DNA of 64,000 nucleotides from contig CM120640.1 in assembly GCA_051362555.1 (NCBI GenBank), positions 7,192,001 through 7,256,000 of the forward strand. Reading direction: 5' to 3'. The stretch comes from Lingula anatina (lineage: Eukaryota > Animalia > Brachiopoda). The position numbers and the translations under genes are program-made. Below, in pieces: positions 21,701 to 34,836 of the stretch. A model generated the notes under the pieces. That model was not told the origin of the DNA. It worked only from the letters and a program-made list of their open reading frames with translations, and made no database searches. How positions within the stretch are numbered: position 1 is the first letter of the stretch; each line of letters opens with the position of its first letter.

Positions 21701-24700
21701 TTCTGAACTGATGAAAAATTATAGGTCAGTCCATGGAAGCTGCAAAGTTCCTGAAGTCAAAGGGCAAAATTGAGGAGGCACTGGAGTATGCTGAGCGCTT
21801 GGATGATCCACATTTCAGAGCAGAGTGTCTCATGATAAGCAGCAGGATGAAACTGCAGAATATGTCCAGTCCTACAATAAAGGAAAACATCCTGAAGAAT
21901 TTGGAAGAAGCTGAAAAGCTCTTCTCTGCTTGTGAAAATAGTAATGGGCAGGCAGAAGCTCAGCTGTATCTTGCCAAGTTGAGAAAAGATTTTGGGCTCC
22001 TAAAAATCTCTACTGAACTTTTCAAGAAAAATCACAACATTGGTGGACAGGTGGAGGTGGTTGAGGTGTTAATGGACATAGTTCCAGAGCTGTTACCCGT
22101 ACACGTTTTGCCAGTACGGGATGCTGTAGAAATGATTGCCAACCTCCTCTGCATTGTGCAGAAAAGTCCAGTAAAGCACACTCAAGCTGACAGGGCTATG
22201 CTTGACATCTGTGAGCTGTACTATGGCATAGAAAAGGGGGATAGGGAGCAAGTTAGGAAAGTGAAGACCAGTGAGGCTGCCAGGATTGACCTCCTGCTTT
22301 CTAAAGATTTGGACAAAGAACATGTGCCAAAGAATTTAGTTCACGACAAAATGTGCCAAGATCTTCTTAGGAAAGTTGGCAATGGTGTAAACAAGTGTCG
22401 TGCAATGATGTGGAGCCACATGAAAAAGCAAGAGATCTGCTCTGACTTCATTGCTGGGCAGCAATGTCAAGAACTTGGATCATGTTCTAAACTGAGGCAA
22501 GAACCTAAAAGGGATCACCTGCTGCACCACTTGGATAGCATCCTCAGACTCATTCGTTTAGATTCTACAGTAGAATGGGCATGTGAGCAGCCTCACAAGG
22601 ACACCATCAAAAGGCAACTTGAAGACCTGAGGCCCAGAAAAGAGCTTGGTGGAAAGTTTGGGTCTTGCCTGGCTTTGTACAAATTACTTTTTCCTGCTCA
22701 GGGTCACCACAGGAATCTGTGCTCTCTTCCTGTTGAAGCCAGGAAAGTGATGGAAAAGATTAGAAGCTTGGCTGTAGAAGATCAGTTAAAGAGATGGGCA
22801 AAGTATGAGTGGACAAAGTGTCCTAAAGACCAGTTGTCCAACACAGATTTGTTCCTGTTGATCTACAATGTGCAGCGCCTGCTTAAGGTCAAAATTGATG
22901 ACTTGAAAGGAATGCTTACAAAAACTGCTGATGGCTACTCAGCAGAAGCTAGTAAGTCAGTTGCCCCACATAAAGTGCCAAAGCACATTGGTATGCTCTA
23001 CGGAGGATTAAGGGGGAACCAACACATGTTCATCAGTTTGATGAGCAGGTTTATTAATTTCTCCAAAGAGCTCCATAGCAAACTGGACCCCATAACTGCC
23101 ATGAAAGCACTGGTGCCTAACTTCATCAAAATACTTGCAGACCGTGCTACAGAGCCACTGATGCCTTCTATTGCCAATACCGTAGGTTTGATGATATATC
23201 AATTTTGTTCATGTTTTCTCTGTATGCAGATGTAATGATTTAGTTTAGCCATGCAGTTATAAGATTGATATGTTTTGTATATTTCTGAATTACCTTTACA
23301 ATAAACCTGTGACTTAACCATGACTTTAAATAATATTATTTGAATAATGATAATCTTATTTGGTCCTACCTTTTCCGTTAAAGATCCTAAATGGATTTGT
23401 AACTTTGTGATTCAAATGTACCTCAAAATATTCTGTAAATTTTTCACTTATAAATTGATATTTATATTTGCTAGGTTTGGATGATGGAGCTGGCCACTAC
23501 CTTATTCCTCAGCATGGTAGCTAAAACCACCCCTGGTGTTGTCCTGTGCTTGCCGTCAGGGTACCTGGCTCAGCTGTCTCTCTATGACTTCATCAGGGAT
23601 GGAGAGTATGCCATGTGGATGAGCCTGACTCACTGCACTTGGCCTAGGGAGTGGTACCCCGTCGTTGCTAGGATGATGGTCACCATGGTGAAGATACTCT
23701 GTGGTAATCACAACCCAAAGTTCAATGTGATTGAAGATGCTTTCTCATCTGTTGCATACATCAGGAGTGGGGAGACAGAACGGACCCTAGTTCTGATGCT
23801 TACTCTCTTGTGCAACACCAACCAAGCCTTGCCTCCTGATTGTGAAGTCCTGATCCGCAGATCCTTGAACTCCATCAGACTCGACAGAGAAGTTTTGCCA
23901 CAGAGGCTCTACATGAGGGTTAAGGCAGCAAAAGAAGCAAGTGGGCTCCACGGTATTGTAGAAGTCCTGCAAGAAGCACTGCGTCATAGAGACCAGTGTC
24001 TGTATCAATACGTGTGGGGTGCAATTGGTAAAAAGTCCAGCACTGCAAAGGGATTGCTCAATCATCCAGTTAGACCTGCATCTTTCTGCCCCACATATAA
24101 CATGCCTCTCATAGATGTTCAAGCCACAGCAAACAGCTACTCAGATACAGGAAAGGAAGCTGAAATCTATGGGGAGGAGATGGAGGAAGTTGATGAGCAA
24201 GAGATCTTAGATGCAGAAAAGTCAGCAAAAAGACTTGAGATAGAAAAGAAGCTTGTTGTTTGTCTTTTAGTAATTCGAGCGTGCAGGAAGTTCATGCAAC
24301 TGAGACAAAATCATCATCAGAGAGCATCCGAGTCAACCAAGGACAACTGCCTTCCGAATCTTATAGAACACATCAGTATTGATAACACTATGTGTGGGTG
24401 TTGTGGAGTTTACTTCTCAACTGCCCCTACAACTCAAGATTGGGAAGCAAATGTAGAAAATCAAGCATCACAGCAGATGAGATCAGTTTCTCCCATCCCA
24501 ACTGATGATACTGCAAATTCAACCATGCCCAATGTTTCACCCCAACCATATCTGTATCAGAGTCAATTATCATGGGAACCTACTAAAAGCACAGACATCC
24601 AGTTTGCCTCACTGGATGAGGCAGGGCACCTGTCAGGTAGTGCACAGCCCACCCACATCTTTGACCCAAAGGTAGAGCAAGCCAGGCAGAGAAACAGTCA

Positions 24701-27176
24701 TGAGAAAACCAGGGACCATGAAGAGAAAATGCAGTATTTTGGGAAATTCCATGCATTATATCTAGAACATGTATTAACTTTACAGCAGAAATGTGAAGAT
24801 TTTGGCCAGCAATTACCCTGGGGAGGTGAACATAATGCAGACGCTCTTCATTTCAAGCTTGATGAACTTGCGATTGCAATCTTGCATCTAAATGATACTG
24901 TGAACAATGTGATCCAACTAAAGACATGGGAAAGTACTCGAGAAGTTATTCACCAAGCAGAAGAGGTAGAAAAACAGTTGAGAGCAGGAATGCGCATTTT
25001 TAATGAATGGCAGAGGGAGGCAGAGAAACACAGAATAGTAAGAAGAGTTCCACATTATCAATTCAATATAGCCCTTTTATTTCTGAAGACAATTTAAAAT
25101 AATTTGAAACTAGAGGATCAGAGAGGCGATACCGCCTCCGGATATTGTACCACCAGCTGGAGTAAGCGCATTCGTATGGAAAACCAAAAAAAAAAAGGGA
25201 CACCACCTCCAGTCTTGTGCTTAACAAGCTCTATAACATGCAATCAACAAGAGTTCTGAAAATATGTAAAAAAAAAAAAAAAAAAAAAAAAAAACATAAC
25301 TAAATTTGGTCCAATCATGCAGATTTTGGAATTGACCTGTATTTTCCTAACATTGATCACTCCTGTGATTTTCTAGACAATAGACCTATTGGTTTTCCTT
25401 GAAATGTGTTATCATTGTTGCATCTGTAGTATGCTGACAAAAGAGTAAACCTTGGGCAACACTATGGGCATATCTCTGCTAGTTTTGAAGATATGAGGGG
25501 CAAGAAAATATGTAAAGTTAAGTTCTTGGTGAAAAAGTAGGTCAAAGGTCAATTTCAAAGTCACAGTATATGACTTCCTATTCAAGTTCAATAGTAACCA
25601 TGGGAATTTCTTTGCCAGTTTTGAAGATATAAATGCCAGAAAACATGCAAGGTGCAGGTCATCATAAAAAGTAGGTCAAAGCTCAATTTCAAGGTCATAG
25701 TTAGATTGCCAGTATATGACTTCCTATTCAAGTTCAACAGTAACTTTGGGTGTATCTCTGCCAGTTTTCGAGATATAAAGGATAGAAAATTTGCAAAGTT
25801 CAGTTCATGGTGAAAATTAGGTCAAAGGTCAATTTAGGGGTCACAGTTAGATTGCAAGTATATGACTTCCTAATCAAGTTCAATAGTAACTATGGTTGTA
25901 TCTTTACCAGTTTTGGAGATATGAAGATCAGAAAAATTGCAAAGTGCAGTTCATAATGAAAAGTAGGTCAAAGGTCAATTTCAAGGTCACAGATTGCCAG
26001 TATGTGACTTCCTGTTCAAGTTCAATAGGAACTATGGGCATATCTCTGCTAATTTTGGAGTAACTCACATTTTATTTTCACCACTGAATATTGCGTTGTA
26101 CTTTTTTATATAGCGCAATGCCTAAACCGTATCGAAAACAAAAACGTGGACACCACCTCCAGTATTGTGCTTGACAAGTCCTACAAATGGCAAAATTCAA
26201 AAGGTCTCTGGCATTTACGGTTCCAGAATTTGAGAGAGTTTTCAGTTTCATATCTAATGGCCGCTTCTCCCATAAAAATGCACCTATTGACCCCAAACTC
26301 TCAAAGATGAAAGGAGACCCTGATTGTAACCCCTCACCATAATATGAGAGCTTAGGTCTGTGTAGTTTCTGAAAATTGGTACAAACAAATATTTTTTTGC
26401 AGAAAAGTCCCACTTTTAGAAAATTTTGGCCCGTTTGACCTTGAAATAAAGGTCAAAAGTCAAATCTCAGGGCATATTTGGAATCTCCACATATGACTTT
26501 CGGTCAGACTTCTGTAGTAATTTTTCCCATAATTCCTTCGGTTTGGGAGATATTTAGCATTGAATTTTCCAAAATTTTGACAAGGGTGCGTTTCAATGAG
26601 CGTCACGCCCAGGCCAAAGCACCGACTGAGACAAAAATACCAGGGGGTTCAAGTTGAGATTATATGTGACCTAAATCCAAGAGATGGGGACACAGGTCCT
26701 TGCGGTCTAGGCGCCGAAGCGGTAACGGTGACTTGTATCCCACAACACCCTGTGGCACCAGCGGAGCTGGCGGAGCTCACGGAGCCGGCGGAGCTTACGG
26801 AGCCGTACGAGACGGGTCGAGACTAAAACCATGAGTACCGCCAGCGTACACGCTGGTACTAATTAATTATGATACATGTAAGACTCATTGGAAAAATGTT
26901 TGGCTTAAACTCATTCATAATGGACATAACTTTTTTTGGATTTGTAATGGTATTATGTACACTATAATATTAAACATCATTTACATTTCATTTACATTTT
27001 AGGCTGTAGCTCAGGAGAAAGCAGCTGAATCAATGGATGAAGAGATAGTCAATGCACATAATGAAGATGAGAATCAGGTGGGCCATCTCCTGACAGTGAC
27101 GGAAGGGCCAGATGGTCAGAGACAGATGAAGAAAAATAAGAGGAAAATGAAAGGGAAACACAACAGACAGAATTAG
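18532..27176 (+). CDS. TRANK1: TPR and ankyrin repeat-containing protein 1-like (TRANK1/LBA1), last 7 exons (~1300 aa); 5' part off-window
   Basis: Exons 18532-18645, 19616-19827, 20927-21091, 21289-21517, 21725-23181, 23475-25037, 27003-27176 join in frame with GT-AG. MFTCTSTAEEWVKRGDYFYNHKLYQVAAKCYRRGG, KCLYNAKEFLLAAKLFEK, FRDAAVLYKK and EPLMPSIANTV resemble the TRANK1 post-helicase TPR region as recalled; basic C-terminal tail. Confidence 0.85.
18886..19555. mobile_element. 670-bp MITE with ~78-bp TIRs and 8-bp TSD (hAT- or P-like)
   Basis: TIR CACCCTGAGCTTCAGAGCTAACTTGACACTAACC... / ...GGTTAGTGTCAAGTTAGCTCTGAAGCTCAGGGTG; CCATTTAT at 18878-18885 and 19556-19563. Confidence 0.9.
19884..20779. 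mobile_element. Foldback-type MITE with CCCAGCGGGCA TIRs and internal ~61-bp tandem array (possibly EnSpm/CMC-like)
   Basis: CCCAGCGGGCA...TGCCCGCTGGG, TT on both sides; body built from TCAAC(A/G)TTGA palindromes; ~8 units of TCAATGTTGAGACCCTGTTGATCTATCAACATTG at ~20260-20720. Confidence 0.8.
25108..26863 (-). mobile_element. HINE family A, copy 2, in the last TRANK1 intron
   Basis: Reverse complement of the same termini (AACTAGAGGATCAGAGAGGCGATACCGCCTC ... AGTACCGCCAGCGTACACGCTGGTACTAAT); ~4 146-bp monomers. Confidence 0.85.
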
Positions 27177-29136
27177 TTTTTATTAAGTATACTACATGTA
27201 TATACACATTGTATTATGTTATGCTGATTTAGACCATGTTCCAAAGAAAACCTTTAAAGATTCCGTTTAGAAATGTGAAAAAAAAATCACAAAAGTTAGA
27301 GATGCATACAAAGTCAATTTTTTTGTCACAAAAACCGACCAAATGCCAGTGTAGTTTAACTAAGAGAACTACCAAAAGGCATTGTTATTATTTTACCCTA
27401 AAATGATGTTTGAACGGATTTTTCTGCCAGCATTCTATGCTGTATGTCAATGGGCAGAAAAGTAGGTCACGAAAGTAGGCTAAATTTCCGACCAAAAATT
27501 TAAAGAAAGGAGCAGTCTAAAGCTCTTTTATGGCTGAATTTATTTGAGTCATATAAGAACCTAGTAGAAGTGGTTTACATGTTTTACTGGGAAATCACGC
27601 TCCACCGATGCTCAGTTCGTATGTACCTTTAACATTTTTCAGTTTTGGTTAAATCTTTGTTAAATGTTAACCAGTCAGGTTGTAGCATATTGTTTTGATA
27701 GCTTAGAAGTTTCTGTGAAATGATAATGTATATGATTTTGTCTTCTCGGACATAATGATCTTTTTATGTCCAAGATTTCTTGTATTTTTGTTGTGTCAGT
27801 AAAAGAAGTTTTGTGCGTTATGTGAAATTCTCTCTTGTTCTTGGTTGCTATAATTAAAATAAGCAAAACAATGTCTACATTCTAGTACTTCATTCAGTAT
27901 CATAATAAAATACACCTTTTTACTTATTTAAAAAAAAATCAAGTTGGAGTTAAACAAAATAATGAATGGGGTATGAAAAATGAATTACCACATTTCCAGC
28001 TAACCTTTTATACCAAAAATAAAATGGCAAATTGGTAAATTATCAACATTTGTATTTCATGTGTCCTCCATCCTGAGTAATAAGAGATTCTTTTAAAGCA
28101 TTAATGACAAACACAATACTGTTTATTAATATTTGGTCATTTATGGCCACTTTTATTTTTTTCCTACCCAAATAATGTCCACATTAACTGATAAGTTAAT
28201 CAAAATGATTGATGGTGAGATTATAAGGTAATCAGTTATGCATGACTGACTCCGACTTTTTAACAGCTCAGATTTATCCACCAAAGGGATATAAAATATT
28301 ATGTAAATCTCATATTATAAAACTCACTGACTAACATATTCTTGCAACAACCCAAATACTGAGTTATCCAGAAAAAGAATTATTAATTGGTAAATCTCCT
28401 AGCTTCCAAATGTGCGAGCATCACTTTGTGCCTGTTTGGTGATTTGCAGTGTTGTGTAGTAAGACTATATTTGAATGCATAAGATATCAACCTAAACCTG
28501 TTCTCATGAGTTCCTGATACAGTAGTCTAGAATCTAGCTGTTTTACATGACATCCAGGTGATGCATACTATATATCCTAGCTGGATATTATGTTCTACAT
28601 GAACTAAGTGATAGGTTTTCCCTACTTATATAATATATAAATTTATATATATCCCTGCAGTAAAACATAATTGTGCAATCTACGACTTGATATGTTATAT
28701 TCTGAATGCTCTGAAAAAAACAAATTCTAAAAATATTTAAATTACAGTGTTCAATGTTAATCTGTGGCATAATTTTCCTATGAAGGCATATTAATTCTTA
28801 CATCTATAAAGATTAAATATATATTAACTTTTTCATCTAGTTAATCCTTAAATTTCAATTGAATGATTTAATTTAAAGACATAAATTTGCCCACTTACTT
28901 TTTTATACTACAATGCTGCAAGAATATGCTAAGTTATTCACATTGGTTGAAGTTGATGCACAAAATTTTCATTCCTTATTTATAAGAATTCCCACTGTGC
29001 CAAGATGTGAATAACCAATTTTAACTCCAAATATTAAGGCACTTCATATCAGACACATCTGAATACATCCAGTACCATTAATCATAACTTATTACCAATT
29101 CAACTTCACCACATCTAAAAATACCCCCCTGCCTTT

Positions 29137-30583
29137 CTAATCCCTCCCAATATTATGTGTCTCTGTGGGTCTGTCAATCCTGTACATGAACTCGGCCACA
29201 TTCAGGTAAGCCCTGTACTCTATTATATCAGGGGTGGTGTCTGTATGGTAATGGCCTCCCTCTCCATGGTCACTGAACAGGTGGAAGTGCTCAACACGAA
29301 GATCAAGGTCCTGTAAGAGACAGGTGCTCTTTATATTATAACTGTACAGTCCTGTGTGCTGCTCTCTGTAAGAATATCATAGTGGACCTTCTTTTCTAAT
29401 AACTTATAAAAGAACTACAGAGTGTGGCATGGAATGGGCAGTAACAGGATTACCCCAGTAACAATGTGACCATAATTATACAGCAAAAATAATAATATTA
29501 ATAATGATAAGTGTCAGAATTGATGTGTTAGAATGGGAATAATTTTCACAATGCTTAATATAATCGAGCAACAGTTTTACTGAAGTCATTCTGATAAAAT
29601 ATAAATGACACTGATTAAACTTGTAAAGCAATTTTAGCCACAGGTGTTTAACTCACTGGATCATGTGATATTAGTTCTCCAATCACCACAAGTGGGGCAC
29701 TAGCTTCATGGAAGGTCAGCCATTTATTCACCTCTTCATCAGAGTTTAAGGGGACCTTGGAAAAGTCTCGCTTTAAGTATGAAAAAAAGTTCTTGTAAAT
29801 AATCTGCCTCCCACAAATTAACTAGTTATTTCTAACAGTTAAGAGAATCAATACGCCTTTTTGATGCCAAGCCTGAAAAAAAGTTTATGTTCCTCACCAT
29901 AATATGAATTTTGACTTTCCCTTTCTCTACCAGAAAGACACCACCCAAGGCTACTGGCTTTGTCCCATAATGAGCTGCTAGTACTTTGCGCATGCATGAC
30001 ATGAAATTCTCCTCCCCTACTCTCTTCTGCACCTTCACTTCTATGACCTGGAAATTATTACCAATAGATAAAAGGCTTCATGAAGAATTCTATACTGATA
30101 ATGAAAAACCTTTTTTATGTGTATCTATTTGTTTATATACAAATATTTTCCAGTTATTTTAAGAACTGCAAAAAAAAAGTACATATAAATTATTTTACAG
30201 CAGATTTCAAAGCGGTAGCAAGTACAGTGTAAAGTAGATGTTACAGGTGTGACAAATAAGGGGAGTTTTTTTTGCAATACATGACAGTACAAAAAGTTCA
30301 CCTTTCCTGGCTTTCCTTCAGAACAGAAAACATTGGCCATTAAATTGAAATCAGTTGTTGGCGATATAAACAGATCGTAGGACTTTTCCTGATAAAAAAG
30401 TAAAATAATTGTTGCATTCTCAATTTTTAACAGATTACAAAATATGTTATGCCAATCAAATTACTTTAAAGTAAGGTAGATTAACTGTGGGTTGGGCATT
30501 CCTATTAAAACATTTTGACTATTTCCAATACTTTCCATACAAAGGCCATGAATATTTACACTGAATTTTCCATCATCAAAAAA

Positions 30584-30614
<31 letters not shown>

Positions 30615-33600
30615 AAACAATAATAATAATAATAATAATAAATACAAACTGTAAACAAATTTATTTTTAGATAAAAGTTTCAGTCAGCCTAATATTTCTC
30701 TATTAAAAGTCATAAAGCTTCATCTTATACTTCTTTAAATTTCAGTTATTCATGTTTGCATAATTTGATATTGACAAATGAATGACATGCCACTTTATTA
30801 TAAAACCACATGCATTTGAAGAGACTTTAAATTTTATACAAATTGATATTAGTCTGAGTATTGAAATAAAGTGTGGCTCTTACATCTGGATTTAACCTGC
30901 CCAAATAGGTTTGATTATTAACTTTGCCATCACCACCAACATATACACTGAGATTGGGCATCATCTGAAATATTTATGGGTACAATTCACAATTACATGA
31001 GAACCTAATTAACCACAAACAAAAATATATATATATGCTTACTAGTATACGCCTTATATATATAAGAAATATTTATAATTTTACATTTTTGATACCAGCT
31101 TAGGTACATATTTTACATCTAATATTCATATAAAAATACTAAAAGATTCACTGGTATTAAATAAGTAAGTCTCATGTGAGGGTAAAAAATATCTGAAATG
31201 TTCTCTAAAGTTGCTTGTAAACATCCTGTGAACTATCTTGATTCACGCCCTCTCACCTCTGTGTTAACTTTCATAACATGGGCAGGCCCACACCCAGCAC
31301 CTATCATAAATGCATTTGACAGGTCTAACTGGCCCGCTATCTTTTCAAAGTTATAAATCTGTAATAGAAAAAAAAAAAACTAAATATATATTTAAGTACT
31401 GGTGTTGTAATAGTAGTCTCTACATTTCTTGACAACATCAAAATATTGGAAGACTCAGGTTGTCAGATGCTGTCTGAAGAAACTATTACTTTAATTACAT
31501 TTGAATTCTAGTAGACAAAATTACCTGCTCTCTGTTAATGCCCATTGTTGTATTGTTAAAAAATAACCAATGGTATCTTAATTTTAATTAAACTGCAACG
31601 TTATGATGAAGTAATATTGCTTTTTTGTTCGCTTTTATTTTTAGAAAAATTCAACTGCAGAAACTAGGTAAAACAACATCAATACCTTTTCCCTTTTTGC
31701 CAAAGGAATTAAGTTTGGTACTCCACCAATATCTGCAAGTCTTGGATTGCCACATAGACCTGGCCAAAATATGTAGTTTAAAATACATTATCCAACTCTC
31801 AACCATAGAAGAAACAAATACATATAAAACTGCATAGGCCACAGAGGCAACTCTAAAACCAAAACTCTTTTTTCCAATCAATTATTTATGCAGTCTTCAA
31901 ATAAAATAAGAACTAAAACCTTAAAAAAGTCTGAAAATTAACAAAGTTAATCTGTTAATAAAGCAACCTTAACTGTTACCTTCTCCAGCCAGCATGAAAG
32001 GTTTCTTTGTAAGGTCGGGACATTCTGTCACCGATGCTTGCACAGTGCTGTAATTTTTACTCAAACCCTCCTGAAGGACTGCAGAAAAGTTAGGACAAAA
32101 TTACAAGATAATCACGCTGAAGCTACTTCTTTGACATATATGTATTGCATATGTATTGTTTGTATGGTATGCCACTTGCGTAATTAAATAGTGGATGTTA
32201 CAGATAAAAAAAATTAACTTTTCATCAAGTCTATCAGAAACAGTAATATCATAGACTCTCTCTGCTAAAAGTGGCTATGTCAATTTAACAGCTGTACATT
32301 ATTTACAAGCACATGTACTAATAAGAATGTGATTATACGCTGTTTATAAGCATTAAAAGAAAAAGGACAAGAAAGAGAGAGTGCTCATTATAGAGCCTTT
32401 TTAAGTTTAATAAGCAGTAAGTTGTAACCATCCTCCAATAGCAGAACTATTTATAACCATATACGGTAGATAGAAGTTGCTCTAACTGGTCACTGTAAAA
32501 ATTGTATCCAATATACCAAACAGATGACACTTTATATTGCTGAGTGGAAAATTACAAGCAGTACATGATAGTGGTAAATTTGAATTTAGGGCAAATATCC
32601 TTGGTCACCACTCATTCACCAGTGTGTTTGATAAGGGGAACAGGCTGTTAAATCAAGGGTTAGATGTTGGCAGGGTTGTACTGCAGATTCATATGTATCA
32701 GTGTTATATATTTATATATTAGCATGTATATATGTCTATGACAACATACCCTTGGCCTTAGCAGATGTGTAGTAACTCCAAGACTTCTAGTTTTATCACA
32801 AGCTCTGTGATGATCTGGTTTGAGTAAAATAGCAGCTGGTTATTTCACATACTGTACAAATTTTGATAAAGATTTTATTTTACAGTATGCTGCACCTGTA
32901 CAATCTTAAATTTGTTTGCTTAATATATTATAATATCTTTATTCTGCCTGCCACTCTCACCACACCTTGAAAATTTTACACGACCCCCTTCAAAATTAGC
33001 AAGGCCAATATTTGCCAAGGCAGCCAAAACATGACCTTTGAACTATTTCAGTAAATAAAGCAATCAAAATGCAATGAAATCTGGTCATGTCTTTATCTTT
33101 TCCCTTTAGTGTAGTTACAGTAAAAGATCTGGGTCATTAATTCAAAAGGAAATAGGTCAGCTATATAGGTAATGGTTTCCACCTGTTATCTTATTTTTCA
33201 ATCTTAAAACTCAAAACTCTACCTAAACAGAATTACTTACCTACAACTTACACAATTTCACAAAGCAGTGATTTCAAAACCAAAAAGTTTAAATTAAGGT
33301 ATCCTTTATATGGGACTTTGGCATCAAATCTCATTATCTTGGAGAAAAAAATAAATTTTCTCCTACTCACAAATCATTCTAATGCTTGACTAGACCCTGC
33401 ACCAGGATTTGATGTTTTGCAAAAATAGTTCTAAATGTATCATGATTCATTTAGATGTCTTCATGGCATTTCAGAAGGAAATATAAAGACATTGGGCACT
33501 TTTAATTGAGGGGTTATATTAATTTTTTTAAAGTCTAAATAAATAAGGTAAGTAGTATGGCAGGATATTAAGACAAAAAACTACTGAGACATTTTAAAAC

Positions 33601-34411
33601 ACATACTGTACAGGACACTTTAATTAAAGTATTGGAACAAGACTATATGTAGTACTGTAGTATGAAAATGTAAACAATCGACAATAATAGCTAGAGGATT
33701 TACTAGTACACATGAATGAAGTTATATGTAGCTGAAATGCTGTATCAGCTAGATCATGTAAAACATGCTCCCATTGACAAGTATTCATACTGTACCCTGA
33801 TTTGATTTTATTTGCCTAATCCATATTGGCCTTAGTATACTGGTACTTGCATTTTAACCTACAGTACAGTACTGGTATACAAGTACTGGTATATCCAACT
33901 GATTGATCAAACTGATCAACTGAATATTACTGGCTTGCACTGTTCCTTCCAGTACCTGTGACAGGCAGTCTGTTGTCTTTTTGAAAATCATTGCAACTGT
34001 AGTCACATTTTAACTTATTTCAAATCAAAGTAATCCAATTAAATCGAGCTTTCTCCAGTCTATCGATTGAAAATTAATAACTAATTACTGATAAAAATGA
34101 CAATAATGTAGCTTACGAACACCTTGCCATTGCTCCCGATCAAAGCAACGACAGAGAATTTCGACAGTTTGCTAGGCAACGTGCTTCTGATACTACGTAT
34201 AATGTACCAAATGCATTAGTCTTTTTCGTTGAAACCTAATATAAGAAACAGATGGGCAAATTTATTTGTAGACATAAATTAATGATGGAGATAATAACTG
34301 CATTTATCATTAATGATCATTTCTTTGTTACTTCTGTCACTTACCTTGCGCTACCTCTTCCAGCAAAGGTGTATACAAGCGCGTTTTCTGAACCTTATGC
34401 TCAAGATCCAT
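29137..34411 (-). CDS. C11orf54: Ester hydrolase C11orf54 homolog (DUF1907/PTD012), 315 aa
   Basis: Exons 34411-34345, 32078-31980, 31759-31686, 31358-31257, 30964-30884, 30388-30302, 30047-29898, 29770-29657, 29310-29137 (948 nt). Motifs CPDLTKKPF, DIGGVPNLIP, SEGKPGKVIEV, DLRVEHFHLFSDHGEGGHYHTDTTPD, YRIDRP.ETHNIGRD*. Confidence 0.93.
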
Positions 34412-34836
34412 ACTGCTGGCGGATATTTGGAAGCAGACGAATCTTGACCTTGACCTTTACACTTCTTGATTGGTGCTACATTCAAGAATCAATATCGTTG
34501 AAGAGTAAAACTAAACCATATACATGGCTATTAGTATTCGATGCACGATGACTTAATAAATAAAAAGTATGTATAAAATTCATATTTATGCCTGAGATAG
34601 CAGCAATGATCCTCAATGCGCCTAATCAATCTATAATCACATTCCGGTTGCAGCCTTATGATATACAAGTTCGATCTAAACAAACGTGGAGGGCAATAAC
34701 GTCTTAACACGATGCCATGAGTTTTGCGGTATACCAACTCTTTCAGACCTGAATGAAATGTTAAATTATTATGTGCAATGCTGGTAAAATATACAAAGTA
34801 AGTTATAGGCTATTAGAAAAACTGAGCTCAAGTATA
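34412..34836. promoter_or_regulatory. Putative bidirectional promoter C11orf54/tRNase Z
   Basis: Divergent ATGs ~425 bp apart; locally CpG-richer than the introns; GATTGG (reverse CCAAT) at ~34468. Confidence 0.55.
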
